Shown: positions 35,641 to 49,446, counted from the stretch's first letter. The stretch is DNA of 64,000 nucleotides from Hormiphora californensis (GCA_020137815.1 CM035361.1:3720001-3784000); one strand, 5' to 3'. The notes: generated from the letters alone by a model not told the origin. Numbers and translations are program-made.

Positions 35641-38600
35641 TGGGAGGATAGGTGGGGGTGGTACCCGATCCAGTTAGTCATATCTTCACATATAGGTCCC
35701 CGTTCAGATCCACCATATATACACCTACGATAACACACCCGTACGCTGAAAAGTGTCGGTTCTGCCTGACAAGCCTGCAAAGGATGATGGCCGGGTAAAC
35801 CCTCCACTAACGGACCAATGTGGCTGTGGATTCCGTTACCCGCTGTGCACCGGTGGCAGTGTTGAGACCCCCCCCAAACCCGGCTCTTCTTCTAACCAAA
35901 CCGAGGACTATGTATACACAGTGATTGGTTGAAACTCACCCCCCAACACTTGCTCTCTATTCCGAACATGAGTACTAACACCCTTAAACCAAGGAAGGTC
36001 TGGTCTAAAAGCAAGAGAACCTAGACTTGGTATACTGCTACTACAGCAAGCAACCCAGGCACATCCGGACCTGGACGAGGCTCCGACGCCTCAATGGGAG
36101 ACAAGGGACACGACCCATTAACAGGTGCCAAACTCTCAAGCCAGTTCAGATCAATAGAGAAATCTGGACACATGGTAACACCGCAGGAGATGGCTGATCA
36201 GCGAATGCTAGCAGGGCTAGCAGCATCTGGCCTAAATATACTCCCGGAAGTGGATCTCACGGTGAATGATAACACTGCGGGTCCGAGTACCTCGGCAAAT
36301 GGGGACACCGCCGATCCCCCACCACCACCCCCCAACTAGAGCGCCACGAACGAAATGGACCACAGAAATGACATTACGCTCGTGTTCATCCACTCGTACT
36401 CACAACCTGAAAAATAGGAGTATGGACCCGATGGAGGAAAGGTGGTCAAAGACAACCTACCCTTCCAAGACTGATGACCAGCTTAATCCCACTGAATCGA
36501 CCAAACTCAGTCGGCTCCTTTCAACCACAGAAGCGGATGGAATCAGAACAGCGGGCCGTAGCCGAACCGTGAAAGCAAACTGAAGCGGCAACGACAGGCT
36601 GTGGTAAGACAACCCACCCCCAGAAACCATTGAACCCCCACAAACCCGAGTGGGCAGAGGAAGATGAAGGGCCAATCACCGACCCCTGAAATCGTGGAGC
36701 AATTTCAAGAAACTAACGCGAGGAACCAAGCCGCCATCAAGTCAACCGACTTGAGCATGTCCCCGCTCTGGGGAAGTCTACGAGGTGGCGATTGTTACCG
36801 AACGGGCCTCATCCGGTCAGTCTAAGTACCTTTGAAAACTCCAACCTCTACCACGAACTGACACGCTACTGATGGCCGTAGCCATCAGTTGGTTGAGCTT
36901 TTTCCTTAAAACTTCGATCGCGTTTATGGGGCCGTATCATGTAACCGGCCACAACCAAATCTGTGTACTGCGCGATAAACCACCCACCACCATCACCCCG
37001 GCACCCCCAGAAGGATAAACAACCTAGGTGGCTGCGACGGACTCGAAAGAGAGTGTCGCCAAGCTTCGCTCGACCTCTCCAATGCTGAACCGAAATGAAG
37101 CAGAGGGTGCCACCCCCAGTTCCAAACTATAGATATTATCTATATGAAGTACCCGCTTCGGCCCAAGAAGGGCTTAAACAGTTTATAGAAGAAGTGAAGT
37201 GCCGATACGGCTGGAAGGCCGAAAGATTAAGAGACCTACAAAGAAGAAGCCGCAGACATCGTTTGACAACAACTTGTTCCAGAACAACCAACGAACTTTT
37301 ACCGGACACTGGATAAACGTGGGAACGGACCCCACGCACTCTCGATTGTACTACTCCAGAAGACAGAACAACGCTTACTTCTGGAGAAATATCTGGGAAA
37401 ACGGGCTGGTCATAACACTTGAAGCGAAGGTTAGCCGAGTCCAGGAGAACTTTGAAACAGTCAGCCACCATGAAATAGTTTTCAGATCACCACGAAAGAG
37501 TTGGCAGGCCCGGGTGAAGGAATGACCAACTGGTCAACCACCCCAGGTATAGTGGTCTCCAACGCCTTCTGATTAAACCACTACTTGCCTCCATGGTCGG
37601 ATAACTGGAGCTACTCCATGACAGTCTCATTACGAGTCAAATCCCCATCCCCGGCATGGGTACTGAAGGCAGGCCTTCCTCCTGATTAAACGACCCCCAA
37701 GAAGGGTAAATGTCAAAACCCGGGGAACTGAGCCCCATCACCTGCCTTCCGAACCTCTGGAAGCTGTTCCATGAATATTAATAAGAGGACATCTACCAGC
37801 ACCTCGATGTACGGGCTGTTTCCGGAAGATCAGAAGGGGTGCCGAAAAAGAGTCCGAGGATGTAAGAACAACTAGCAATTGGACAAACTTATCCGACGTC
37901 ATTTCAAAACGCTTCAAAGTGCTTCCTTGTGGATGGCTTTCATAGACTACCAGAAGGCATACGGACTCGATCCCCGCCCCACTCTTTTTCCGTAGTCAAA
38001 TGGAGATTTGGCGGTTATAAACCCTCAACCCTCAGATAATCCGACTATGAGTCGAGTCCATCACATTCCGCAGTGTATTGTCCAACCTCGTCCCAATCTT
38101 GCTCCGAACTTAGGTAAAATACACATCAAGAGAGGAAGGCCCTTCCAAGGAGACTTTTTCCGTCCCCCTATTCACTTTAAATTATAGAGTCCTGATCCCC
38201 CTGGTCCATGCTCCCTGTCCCATGCTCCTAGCTGCCCAAGAAGAGGCTAACAACCATATCTAACCCAGTAGAGTTCCAGACTCCAATATAGTATCAACCC
38301 CCACCCCCGCCCTATACATGGACGATCTTCGCTGTATGCTGCAGCTCGAAAGAGGACCTTCAGCAAGCTCTTAGCAGTCACTGAGAAGTTTTAGCACGCA
38401 TCAACATGTCCTTTGGTCTATCCAAGTGCGAGCTCGAGACATTGTGGCCCGAAGTCAGATCGGAATGCAGGTAATAAGCCGACCAAGTGGAGACAGAATC
38501 CCGAGGTGGAAATGGAGGCTATAATTACCTCGCATCCTGGAGGTTGAGACCGTATTGATCTTCATCAGACTTAAAGCTAAGTCCAAGCCGAATAACACCC

Positions 38601-41600
38601 CAAGAGTCAAGAAACTGCTGGTCCTCGAGCCTGCAAAGGCAATAACCCATCACAGCAATCAACACATGGGCAATACCTGTGATCCTTTACGGTGCCGGAA
38701 TAACTGGACTTGTCCACTTCCGAATCCAGTGTACTAGACATGTGACATGGAAAGATCCTAGAAGAGGAGTCATCAAAGAGCAACAGTGACTTGACCCTGT
38801 ATTTGCAGAAACTGGGGGGAAAGGGGTCTTCCAAGGATTGAAGATGGGCATTGTGAGGAAGAGACAGGTAGGGAGGGGTCTGGGTAAGCATGAGTAGGGA
38901 TGGGGGTTAGAGGTGATGTGGGGGTGGTTATGGTTTGAAACTTGGGGCCTGGTGGTGGGTGGAAAGTTGGTGGTGGGGTGTAGTGGGGAGGGTGAAAGTA
39001 TGGGGAGGGTTGAGTGTATGTTAGGGGGTAGGCGCTCTTTCCTTTCTTCACCATTCCACACGACCCACAATCCGTGCCCTCCCACACGGCGATGCAGTCT
39101 GAAGATAATGCTAACTGTACCCCCAGAGACGAGAAGCCCCCCTGAAGAAAGACTACAGACGGAACTTATAGAGAACTGGAAACCCAATTCTTAACCTGGA
39201 AGATTCCGAAGCAACTTGAAGAGGGGGCTGCGACCCTTACGGCGACCCTTGGCCGGGCTCCACCAAAGAGAGCCTCACAGATACAGCCGAAGCCGATGTC
39301 TTGCTGCCCCAGGATCACGCCATTCTGCACGAACTGGTTGAGACTTCCATACAGAAATAGAATGAAGTGACTGAGAAATGCCGGATCTGTAAACCAACAC
39401 AACGAGTCCGGTGGAACACTCCTCAACGGATTCACGAACGTTGCCCCACGGAAGAACTATAAACTCCGAAATGATCGAGTATCTGCTGCCCTGCACTTGG
39501 GAATATTCAAGGACCACGGATTTCCTGCTGAATCAAAGTGGTGGAGCATATGCAGATAAAGTTGCTCGAGAATGAGAACTGCAAGATCCTCTGGGATTTC
39601 CACATTCAAGGATAACCCCATCGAGGCATTTCAAACCTGACTTGGTCCTTCTAGACAAACTAAAGAAGGAAGCGCTTCTGAATCTATGTCGCTGTACCAA
39701 GGACAGGTCAGTGTCGGACAGGGGATGGATAAGATCGCGAAAGTACCAAGAAACTACGGAGGGAGCTCCATGATTTGGGATCTTAAAAAGGCCACGGTCA
39801 TCCCCTATCGGAATCGTAGCTCTTGGCGGGTCAGCCCCCCCGCTGAGAAGTACCTGGACGGCTATACCCGCGAGTTTACCAGCCCTCCTCACAGCTAGCT
39901 CCAAAAGTCCCTTACTCTTCAACTCGATGAACACGCTCCCGTCAAGTTTCTCGACATGTTAAGCCACCTCCTGTAACCCCCAATAGATGTATTATATTTG
40001 TATTTTTCTACCGTTTCAACCCGTTCCTGCTTGCTATTATACTGCCTTAGATTCCGTTTTCCAGACGTTTTTGTGTCCCGATAATTGCCTCTTCTTGTCT
40101 CCGATCCAGATGTTGGGCTTTTTCCAGATGTTTTAGGAGGTCTTAGCTCCGTCTCCATAGCTTTAATTTTCCCCTTTAATATTTCCCCTTACTCCTTTGA
40201 ACCCATATGTACATTGTTCAACTTACCCCTATGTACATTGTTCTACCTACCTTTACTCCGCAGGCCCTCCGGGCCCTCAGATCCAACAGGATCCGGGCTC
40301 GGGGGATTTAACCCTGTTCCCACATGGGACCTTACGGCCCCATGTGGGAGTGGTGCGTGTAGTGGACCGAGAGAGAGAGAAAGAAAGAAAGAAAGAGAGA
40401 ATGAGTTGCTTGCTAGCCGTTCACGACTATTATACAACCGCCACCAACGTCCGCAAAGCGCACGAGCAATTTCCCTCTCCGCAATATGATTACTTCACAC
40501 GACTCTGTAACTCTACGGAAAAATGGTAGACCATGATGACTTGGTTATTGATATAGTGGGAGAGAAAATGAATCTGAAAATGTTGAAATATCTCATGTAT
40601 ACCTTTCAGAATACCGTAATATGATTTGTATAAACCAGTACACATGGTGAAGAACTCTTGGTGAACTATAATTTTCAGACGATTTTTGGCTTTTTATTTC
40701 ATTTGATCAGCTGCCATGAAAAATGACAATCACTCTCTGGAATGAGACCAATTAATCAATCAATTAAATTGGTTGGCTAATTGGTCTGTTATAGGGTATA
40801 AGATGACTTGTACTGCACTTCAGCTGCCCTGAAAAGTAAAATATGAATGATCTCCTATTCTAGAATTCTATGGAATCATGTTGCATACTGCTGCAGTCTA
40901 TATATATATATTCCTGAGTGACAAGTCCCACTCCCAACTGGCTAGTCAGCTGGTATATTTTATCGTATAATCTAACTTTTGCGTAACATGCCAAGCAAAT
41001 ATAACTATTTTATCTTTATTTATTTAGACAGCTGTCTGGGATCATATCGTACTTTTTCTGGGTTCTTTAGAAAAATAAAACTTCTCTGTTTCTCAATTGG
41101 TGATGGGATCATGAAGTGTTAAAATACTGTTGGACCCCGATTTACCGGGCCTCGATATACCGATTACCGGGCAGAACCCTTCCCCCCCCCCCCCCCCCCG
41201 AGTATCCCGGTAAATCGGGGTCCGACATTACTCGAGCAATGGGGTGGTGTTTAGAGTAAATTCTAAGAATTATATTATAGTCAAACTAAAACGCACCATG
41301 TCTCTACTTCATCTCTACTACTTCACCCCTCTTCACTTCTAACTTTACCCCCTCTTCATCTCATTTAAAGTGTTAAGTGGTAAACTGATTGAGTAGTTTA
41401 ATCTGTCAGACTCATGTACCATCTGGTTCATACCACCACGTTAGCCACGTGTCTTAACTTTCAACTTTCTCTACCAGCTAGCCTCTCTCCATGAACTGAA
41501 ATTTAGATTTTCGTCCATTCTCGATCCACTACTCACTATAATATCTCACAGACAATAGACGTTCTCCATCGATCTCTCTCTTTCTCCCCCCCCCCCCCTC

Positions 41601-42023
41601 TCTTTCTTTCTCCCCCCCCCCCCCCCTCTCCCCTCTCTCTCTCTCATCTTTTCTCTTCTTTTTCTCGCCTCTCTCCTCCTCGTTCATCTCTCTCGCTTCC
41701 TCTCTCTCCTTCTCTATCAATCATCGCGTCGTCTCTCTCCTCTCTCTCTCTCTCTCTCTCATCTCATCTTCCTCTCTCCGTCTTATCTCGTTTCTCTCTC
41801 CCCTCTCGTCTCTCTCTCTTCTCTGGTTAGTCTCTCTCTCTCGCTCTCTCAGCAGTCACTCTCGGGCAGTGGAGTGTTTCTCTCGCTTCTCTCTCTCCCC
41901 TCTCTCCTCTCTCTCTATCTCTCTCCCACTCTTTTACGGCACACCACGTCCCCAATTCACACTTGGACGACCCGCGAATTCAATCAACCACGCCATCACT
42001 AAAACAGCTGGGTTACAGATTAG

Positions 42024-42030
42024 TATAAAA
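42024..42030 (+). promoter_or_regulatory. TATA box of the Cys-rich secreted protein gene
   Basis: TATAAAA about 45-50 nt upstream of the ATG at 42075. Confidence 0.6.
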
Positions 42031-42074
42031 ACAGAATCTAGACGCACCAAGAGCTCCAAAGATCTCTATTCAAT

Positions 42075-44581
42075 ATGAAACTGTTCGTTGTTGCTACATG
42101 TGCTCTCCTGGCTGTTGCCTTTACTCAGTCAGATCCTACTGACGCCCCCGACGATCGATCAGGTAAACAACCAATCAGAACTCGTTATTTAGGTCACGTG
42201 ACTGGTTATTAGCCAATCAGGGACCAGTATTTCCTGATTCGGTCGGTTCCTGATCAATTGTTTGTAGCTGTTTATCACAATATGTTGTCTTTGTTACATG
42301 ACGTGACTCTCTGTTTATCGTTTGTCTGTGTTTGTCTGTGTAATGTGTATCATTTGCTGTTGTATCATGTTAGATGGTAAATGGTTATGTCAAATTATTA
42401 GTTTGGGTCTTGGGAATAGGAAAATCTGTCGAATTATTTCAATTTATTTTCCTATGTTACTTTTAGTTGCTAGATTAGCTATTCTAGTCCCTATTTGTCT
42501 CCAACTCGTTGGACTAGAATAGCTAATCCCCTCTAATCCCCTAATTCCCTTCCCTGCACAGGTTACTGCTACTATTTTACTAATTTACTAATTCCCTGCA
42601 CAGGTTACTGCTACTATCTTACTAATTTACTAATTCCCTGTTCAGGTTATTGCTACTATCTTACTAATTTACTAATTCCCTGCACAGGTTACTGCTACTA
42701 TCTTACTAATTTACTAATTCCCTGCACAGGTTACTGCTACTATTTTACTAATTTACTAATTCCCTGCACAGGTTACTGCTACTATTTTACTAATTTACTA
42801 ATTCCCTGCACAGGTTACTGCTACTATCTTACTAATTTACTAATTCCCTGCACAGGTTACTGCTACTATCTTACTAATTTACTAATTCCCTGCACAGGTT
42901 ACTGCTACTATTTTACTAATTTACTAATTCCCTGCACAGGATATTGCTACTGGGGAGACAAGGACGCCTGTAACGCCGAGACAGGATGTAACTGGGGCTG
43001 CCACAAGAATGTGTGCTGGAGTCAGTGCAATGGCATCTGTGCCATCAAGGTCAGTTCTAGAATTTAGTGTTTTAAGTATTAGCTGTAGGGTGGAATGTGG
43101 ATGCAAGTTTTTTCGGATCTTATAATTTTCGAGGGAACTCTGTCTAGCCTCGTTTTGATTCTCAAAACGAGCGACAGTACGCTCAGATCGGGTCGGCACT
43201 GCACCGCCATACGGCTGACAAATTTAGAAATCCCTGGAGAAGTATGTGACTGAAGTTATTTTGTTGCTACAACGTCCTATCAGAACTAAATTCCCAACAA
43301 TTTAATGTCAAAAATAGCTGTCATGGGTAACGGTCCAGCTCACATGATTCTGTCTCGAGACTACTCGGGGGGAGCGGTATGAGAACTCGAAAATATGTCA
43401 AAATCTCTAAACTGTTCTGTGGAAATCCTGAAAATATTCGATATTTATTTGCGAAGGTCATCATATCATAGCTTGTTAGGGGAGATAACTCTTGCCTAAT
43501 CAGAGATATCAGAGATATTTTATCATATTAAAACTGACACCTTTAAACTCCCCACCCAATCATAAGCTCCCTCTCGCTTTTCAAAACTCTATACTTCCCC
43601 GATCAGTTAGCCAAACCTTCACATAAGTGTCGAAATTAGTGTAAAAACTAGGACGTAAATTTCCCTCTATAATAGGGTGATTATTATGATATTTTTTGGT
43701 ATCTGAGCTAATAATAATTACCCCCCCCCCTCTGCAGACCGTTACACAGAAACTGATTGAACAAGGTGGAAATATCGAGGATTTCTCAGACTTCTGGAAC
43801 ATCGTCACCAACAACGGTAAACAACCAATCAGAGCTCGTTATTTAGGTCACGTGAATGATTATCAGCCAATCAGGGACCAGTATTTCCTTGATATTAAAG
43901 TTTACTTTAAACTTTACTTTACTTTACTTTACTTTACTTTACTTTACTTTACTTTACTTTACTTTACTTTACTTTACTTTACTTTACTTTACTTTACTTT
44001 ACTTTACTTTACTTTACTTTACTTTACTTTACTTTACTTTACTTTACTTTACTTTACTTTACTTTACTTTACTTTACTTTACTTTACTTTACTTTACTTT
44101 AAATGACTTGACTTGATTTAAGACTTGACTTGACTTGACTTTAAATGACTTGACTTGACTTTAAATGACTTGACTTGACTTGACTTGACTTTAAATGACT
44201 TGACTTGACTTGACTTTAAATGACTTGACTTGACTTAAGACTTGACTTAAGACTTGACTTAAGACTTGACTCGACTCGACTCGACTCGACTTGACTTGAC
44301 TTGACTTGACTTGACTTCTTTTCGACGACCCAAAAACCACCGTGTTTACCATGTTAATTTCATTTATTTTTCGTTACCAAATTTACCCTATTTCCTCCCC
44401 TTGATCAGGTACCCTAATTGCCCTATTTTTACTATTTCCTCCCACAGGTAAAAACTGTGAGAAATGTCCCGAGTGGTGCTATCTTGACAATGGATCCAAG
44501 GGGTACGCCACCTGTAAGACCAATGATCAGTGTGAGGTATACCGGGGAAATAAGTGCATGAGCCATTGCGCCATGATCTAA
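42075..44581 (+). CDS. Small secreted cysteine-rich protein, 136 aa, 14 Cys in mature region
   Basis: Phase-consistent exons 42075-42162, 42940-43049, 43738-43816 and 44448-44581 give MKLFVVATCALLAVAFTQSDPTDAPDDRSGYCYWGDKDACNAETGCNWGCHKNVCWSQCNGICAIKTVTQKLIEQGGNIEDFSDFWNIVTNNGKNCEKCPEWCYLDNGSKGYATCKTNDQCEVYRGNKCMSHCAMI*. Confidence 0.88.
42545..42950 (+). repeat. 42-bp x10 tandem array of branch point plus 3' splice site
   Basis: Unit TTACTAATTTACTAATTCCCTGCACAG|GTTACTGCTACTATY. AG acceptors every 42 nt from 42561 to 42939. Confidence 0.95.
43900..44318. repeat. (TTTAC)n and (GACTT)n microsatellites in intron 3
   Basis: Directly visible. Confidence 0.95.
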
Positions 44582-45008
44582 GGAGAGGTGAATCACGATA
44601 TTTATATTTCGATATAGAAACAAACCTTTAGAGTTTGAAAATCTAACCTTTTATACCCCGCGTCAAAAAGAACTTGAATCCCATTAAAATGATATAGGTG
44701 CATTCACCCCTAGTGACAATCACTGATTGCATTGTATCTTGTTTTTGGCGGGAGAGAGAGAGGGAGGGGAAGAAAACAAGGGGATAAGGAGAGAGAGATA
44801 CAGAAAGAAGGAGGATGAGATAAAAGGATAGATAGAGAGATAAAAAGATAGAGAGGCCGGGGTGAGAAATATATTGTTTTCTGAACCCGTTGACCCATTT
44901 TAAGTGGTGAACACTCATGTTGGCTTGAAACCAATCCATTTTCGTTTGGGGTGCATTGCTCGTTCTCTTGCAGCTCCTCTCTATCTCTAACTCTCCCCTG
45001 TCACTCTC

Positions 45009-45064
<56 letters not shown>

Positions 45065-46794
45065 TCTCCCTCTCAGACTCTATATTTTCTAGTCATCCTG
45101 CACCATTTGGTGGTCCTCCCTCTCTACTTATATCTCATTCAACCTCATACACCTGCCCTTGAATCCCTGTCTGAATAAATCACGTGACACAGCAAACTTT
45201 AGGAGTCTTTTTGAGTGGTGATCAGAGATATATGGTGTACCTTTATAATATTCCTTTAATGAGCGGGATCGATACCTGGTCCCTGGATAAAGAGAGAAAT
45301 TAAAGAAAGGAATTCGATTGAAGTAGTGAGATCTCTACTGCAGCTCGTAGAAGCAGCAGCTGGAGAGAGTGCGCAGTCCAATGAGCTTCCATTGTTATAG
45401 TCACGTGACATACACCGGCCAATCAGAGAGCAGCATTTCCATGCAGCATAGAAGTAGAAGCAAGAGGGTGGAAGTGTGTGAGAGAGAGAGGGAGAGAGAG
45501 AAGAGAGAGAGAGAGAGGGAGGCGCGCGAGAGAGAGAGAGATCGACCGAGATCATAGAAGAGAGAGAGCGAGGAGAAGAGAGAGAGAGCGAGAGAGAGAG
45601 TAGAGAGAGAGAGAGATCAGAGATCAGAGAGAGAGATCAGAGATCAGAGGAGAGAGAGAGAGAGAGAGCATGCATGATGATTGTCTATCTAAGGGTTGCT
45701 GCAAAGGTACTGTAAAATTAATCAGATAATGTGTTACCATCTGGCTCTCTCGTGTCCAATTTGAATGATTTGAGAGCGGGCGATACAATGCTAGGCACGA
45801 CATGTAACCAATATGAATTGTCTTGCCCGATCATCAAAAACTATCATGCCCTCTGGCGGGCATAGTCTGTTTACTCGAGTAGCCTGATCTGAGAGTGTGA
45901 GCTAGGTGTTTGATAGAAAAGGAATGTATTTCATATCTTGATTATATATTCCCGTATATACCGTGCAAAAGACACATGATCCTTTTTGAGTAACAACCAG
46001 GAACCGACCGAGCCAGGAAATACTGGTCCCTGATTGGCTGATAACCAGTCATGTGACCTAAATAACGAGTTCTGATTGGTTGTTTACTTATGTCGGTCGG
46101 TTACTGGATTCTGGTGAATCGGGGTTCGATCAGGAGTGACAGGAAAAGGAAAGGAGAAGACCTGAAGTTATCGACTTGTTGAGGGGTCAGGGTAAAAGTT
46201 TTTGGTAAAAGGAGAAACTCGGCTTATCAAGAGTACAGTTGACCGTTAAAATGCTAAATTACTGCGCTGGTAAGCGCAAAGATGTCCCCATCCTCTCCAA
46301 AACTTTTCCGAAAGCGTGGGCCCGCTCGCCTGAAAGGTGGCCCTTTTTGTTCTTACTCCTTCATTTCCGTCACCTTTGAGTTGAAAGCGGAAAAGTATAC
46401 GGATTATCTTATATTCTTAGAATCTTCAACTAGCATCACTGTAACTACCACTAAACCAAAACCAAGCCATTTTAGCCTCCGCTAATTTACTAACCACGAT
46501 ATATAACGATGCGCCTTGAGAAATTCTAAATTCGTTCTCTGCTTTATGAAACACATATCTATTCCTCGAAGCGGTGCGGTGCAGATAAAATTTATAAATC
46601 TCTCTCTATTTTCTCGATGTGCTATTTTTACAATTTCTACTCACTACATAAGTCACAGAAAAAATATATTTTAGCGGTGATCTCGCGGGGGGCGCACTTA
46701 AAGTCTTCTATTGTCTCTCCGTGTTCTCTACTCTTTTTTTCTTGTCCCTGCTGCACCAATCATAGCTCGCTTGCTTTGTTTTATCGCTTAAATT

Positions 46795-46843
<49 letters not shown>

Positions 46844-47021
46844 CCTCTCATTTAACGCAGCACCCCATTTTTCAATTTCTTGTGGTTGGCGCATCTCTAT
46901 TGGCTCAAAACAATTGAGGGTGTTCGTTCTCTCTCTTTTTACAACTGATTTCGTTGTGGGCATACTGAAACAATATATCCAAGATGGTATAATACGAATG
47001 TCTTTAATTCTCTCTCTCTAG

Positions 47022-47131
<110 letters not shown>

Positions 47132-48160
47132 TCTCTCTCTTTCTTTCTTTCTCGAACTGGGGGAATCATTATATAGTGAGTAGAGATTGAGAAACAGTTG
47201 AATCAAGATTTTGAAACAACGGTACATCAGCTAGTGGTTTTTAAAATTAAATCAAAATGATCTCCATGGAAAAATCCAGCCATATTTTAGGGTTTTAAAT
47301 TCTACGGGTATTCCCGAAAATTCCGTAAATCCAAAATAAGTTCCCAGTTTACAAGCGATTTCCCTATTCCCCACGCGTGGAGATAATCCACGTGGCCACG
47401 TGGATTATCTCATTGTATGGTTAGTTGTACCTGACTAATCACTACCTGACTAATGACTTGGAGTATGACGATCACTAAAAAAGTAGCGGAGGAAAATATA
47501 TCGATTATCTCCATCCTTTTAATCCCCTCTCAATCTTATCACAAACACGGAGAGAGGGGAGATTTCAATCATTGATTTTCTCGCGCCTGTCAATACCTCT
47601 AATGCAATCTATCCTATATCGTCTTGTCAGAAATCAGAAAACCAAGGTACGACTCAGGGCAGAGTTGACATTTCTGTAATCTGGTTTTCTATAAATTTAC
47701 ACACGTTACTTCTAGTCAAAAACGTGCTGATATCTCCGCCTCGGTTGTCCCCACTAAGTTGGGTCATCTCTACAATCTCCTCTTATAGGTGTCTCTTATA
47801 TCAGTCCGTCGCACACTTCGTTTTTTACTGTCAGAATCTCTCCATCCAGCCCTCTCTCTCTCTTCCTCGCCATCTCTGTCTCATTCCTGGCCCACGGTTC
47901 CTCTCTCTCTCCCTCAAATTTTTACTCACCGCACTGTTATCTGCTACTAATCGAATCGTGTAGTAACCCAGGGTAACCCGGCTCGTCCAATGACAACGCT
48001 CCATTTTATCACGTGTCATTCTGTCAGCCAATCAGAAGCGGCGATAACAAATCACGTGATTCTCTCCCATACACTCTCGCAAACAACCCGTATACCTCTC
48101 TCCAGAGCTCCTGCACACACAGAGAGGTGTTGACGAGAGTGAGAGAGAGAGAGAGTGAGA

Positions 48161-48227
<67 letters not shown>

Positions 48228-48637
48228 GGAGAGTGAGAGAGAGAGAGCTGGACATACGAACCCTCCTTCTCTCTCATAACCCTGGCGAGCTTCTTCTGTC
48301 CTGTGCTATTCGATATGTTTTGTGCTCTGTAACACTATATCTCCACCAAAGTAACTGGAGATTTCTATTAGTCTGAACTACTATATCTTATGACATACGT
48401 CGTGTTGAAGTGTGTAATAGTAGATGCAAGAGAGAGAGAGGTGTGTAATAGTAGATGCAAGAGAGAGAGAGGGGTGTAATAGTATATATGTGAGAGGGTC
48501 GTGCATGTAACTTTAGACTCAGGACTCAGGAGAGAGAGAATGGAGAAGAATCGGAGTATCTGTAACTATATACGAGGACGAGAGATGATGGTGTCTTTTT
48601 TCTAAATCCAGGGAGGAGATGATGCAGAGCTGCAGCA

Positions 48638-48746
48638 CAGGAACCGACCGAATCAGGAAATACCGGTCCCTGATTGGCTGATAACCAGTCACGTGACCTA
48701 AATAACGAGTTCTGATTGGTTGTTTACTTGTGTCGGTCGGTTCCTG
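48638..48746. mobile_element. 109-bp hAT-like MITE carrying two CCAAT boxes and GTCACGTGAC
   Basis: TIR CAGGAACCGACCGA/TCGGTCGGTTCCTG. 8-bp flanks CTGCAGCA/CTGCAGTA. Other full or partial copies at 32050-32140, 45998-46106, 33550-33632, about 14918-14972, 42163-42252 and 43817-43889. Confidence 0.85.
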
Positions 48747-49221
48747 CTGCAGTATATGGGAATAGAGAGGAGAATCGGATAAAATATAGAGAGGGGGATT
48801 CAGTATAATAACCACAAGGGTACCTCTTTTTTATAAGGGTCTCTTTTTGCTATCTCTCCCATTGGGTATCTTTTTCTCTCTTTAGCCTTTCTGAAGTGAG
48901 TCGGAATAGGGACTCAAAAGTCAAATCTTTAAAACCATCGCAAAAATCATCAAAAAATTCATGAGATATAGTTGACGTCTAGTTTCCAAAATCTAAATTA
49001 CTCTTAATCATATTTTAACCACATGGTCTACCACACACAGCAAAACCATACGGCTCTTTAGGAAGTTAGCTTGCCTTCATTCACTCTCCTCTGTCGAATA
49101 CTTATATGGGAATAATTTTACTATCTCCTTCTGGTGCTGTTGAATATGATTTGTTATAAATATATCCAGTATCATCTTCGCATCGTGTGATCCGAGTAAA
49201 CAGTGCTTATAACTCGGCTCG

Positions 49222-49420
49222 ACCAATCACAGCTCTCCATTCTGCCAGCCAATCACAGCCCTCCATTCTGCCAGCCAATCACAGCTCTCCATTCTGTAAA
49301 GTGACTTGTAATCATCCAATCACAGCTCTCCATTCTGACAGCCAATCACAGCTCTCCATTCTGTAAAGTGACATGTAATCATCCAATCACAGCTCTCCAT
49401 TCTGTCACGTGCCAATCAGA
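49222..49420. repeat. CCAATCACAGCTCTCCATTCTG tandem repeat immediately upstream of the Six start codon
   Basis: About 6-7 units, each with CCAAT. Confidence 0.85.
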
Positions 49421-49446
49421 AAGTTACCGAGATAACAACATTATAG

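Larger units (their letters stand above)
34505..40370 (+). mobile_element. Degenerate non-LTR retrotransposon with RT and restriction-like endonuclease (R4/Dong-like), flanked by (GA)n
   Basis: Frameshifted motifs in order: PITCLPNLWKL (~37735), QKGCRK (~37830), MAFIDYQKAY (~37935), FQGD (~38145), YMDDL (~38315), FGLSKC (~38410), CRIC zinc knuckle (~39380), WDFHIQ..HFKPDLVLLDK (~39590-39660). Confidence 0.8.

Noticed and set aside
34514-40368. Apparent terminal inverted repeats (GGTCCAC..) around the retrotransposon
   Set aside because: The similarity is short and imperfect. The left part is explained by a local hairpin in the putative ribozyme, and the sequence quality is too low to call TIRs.
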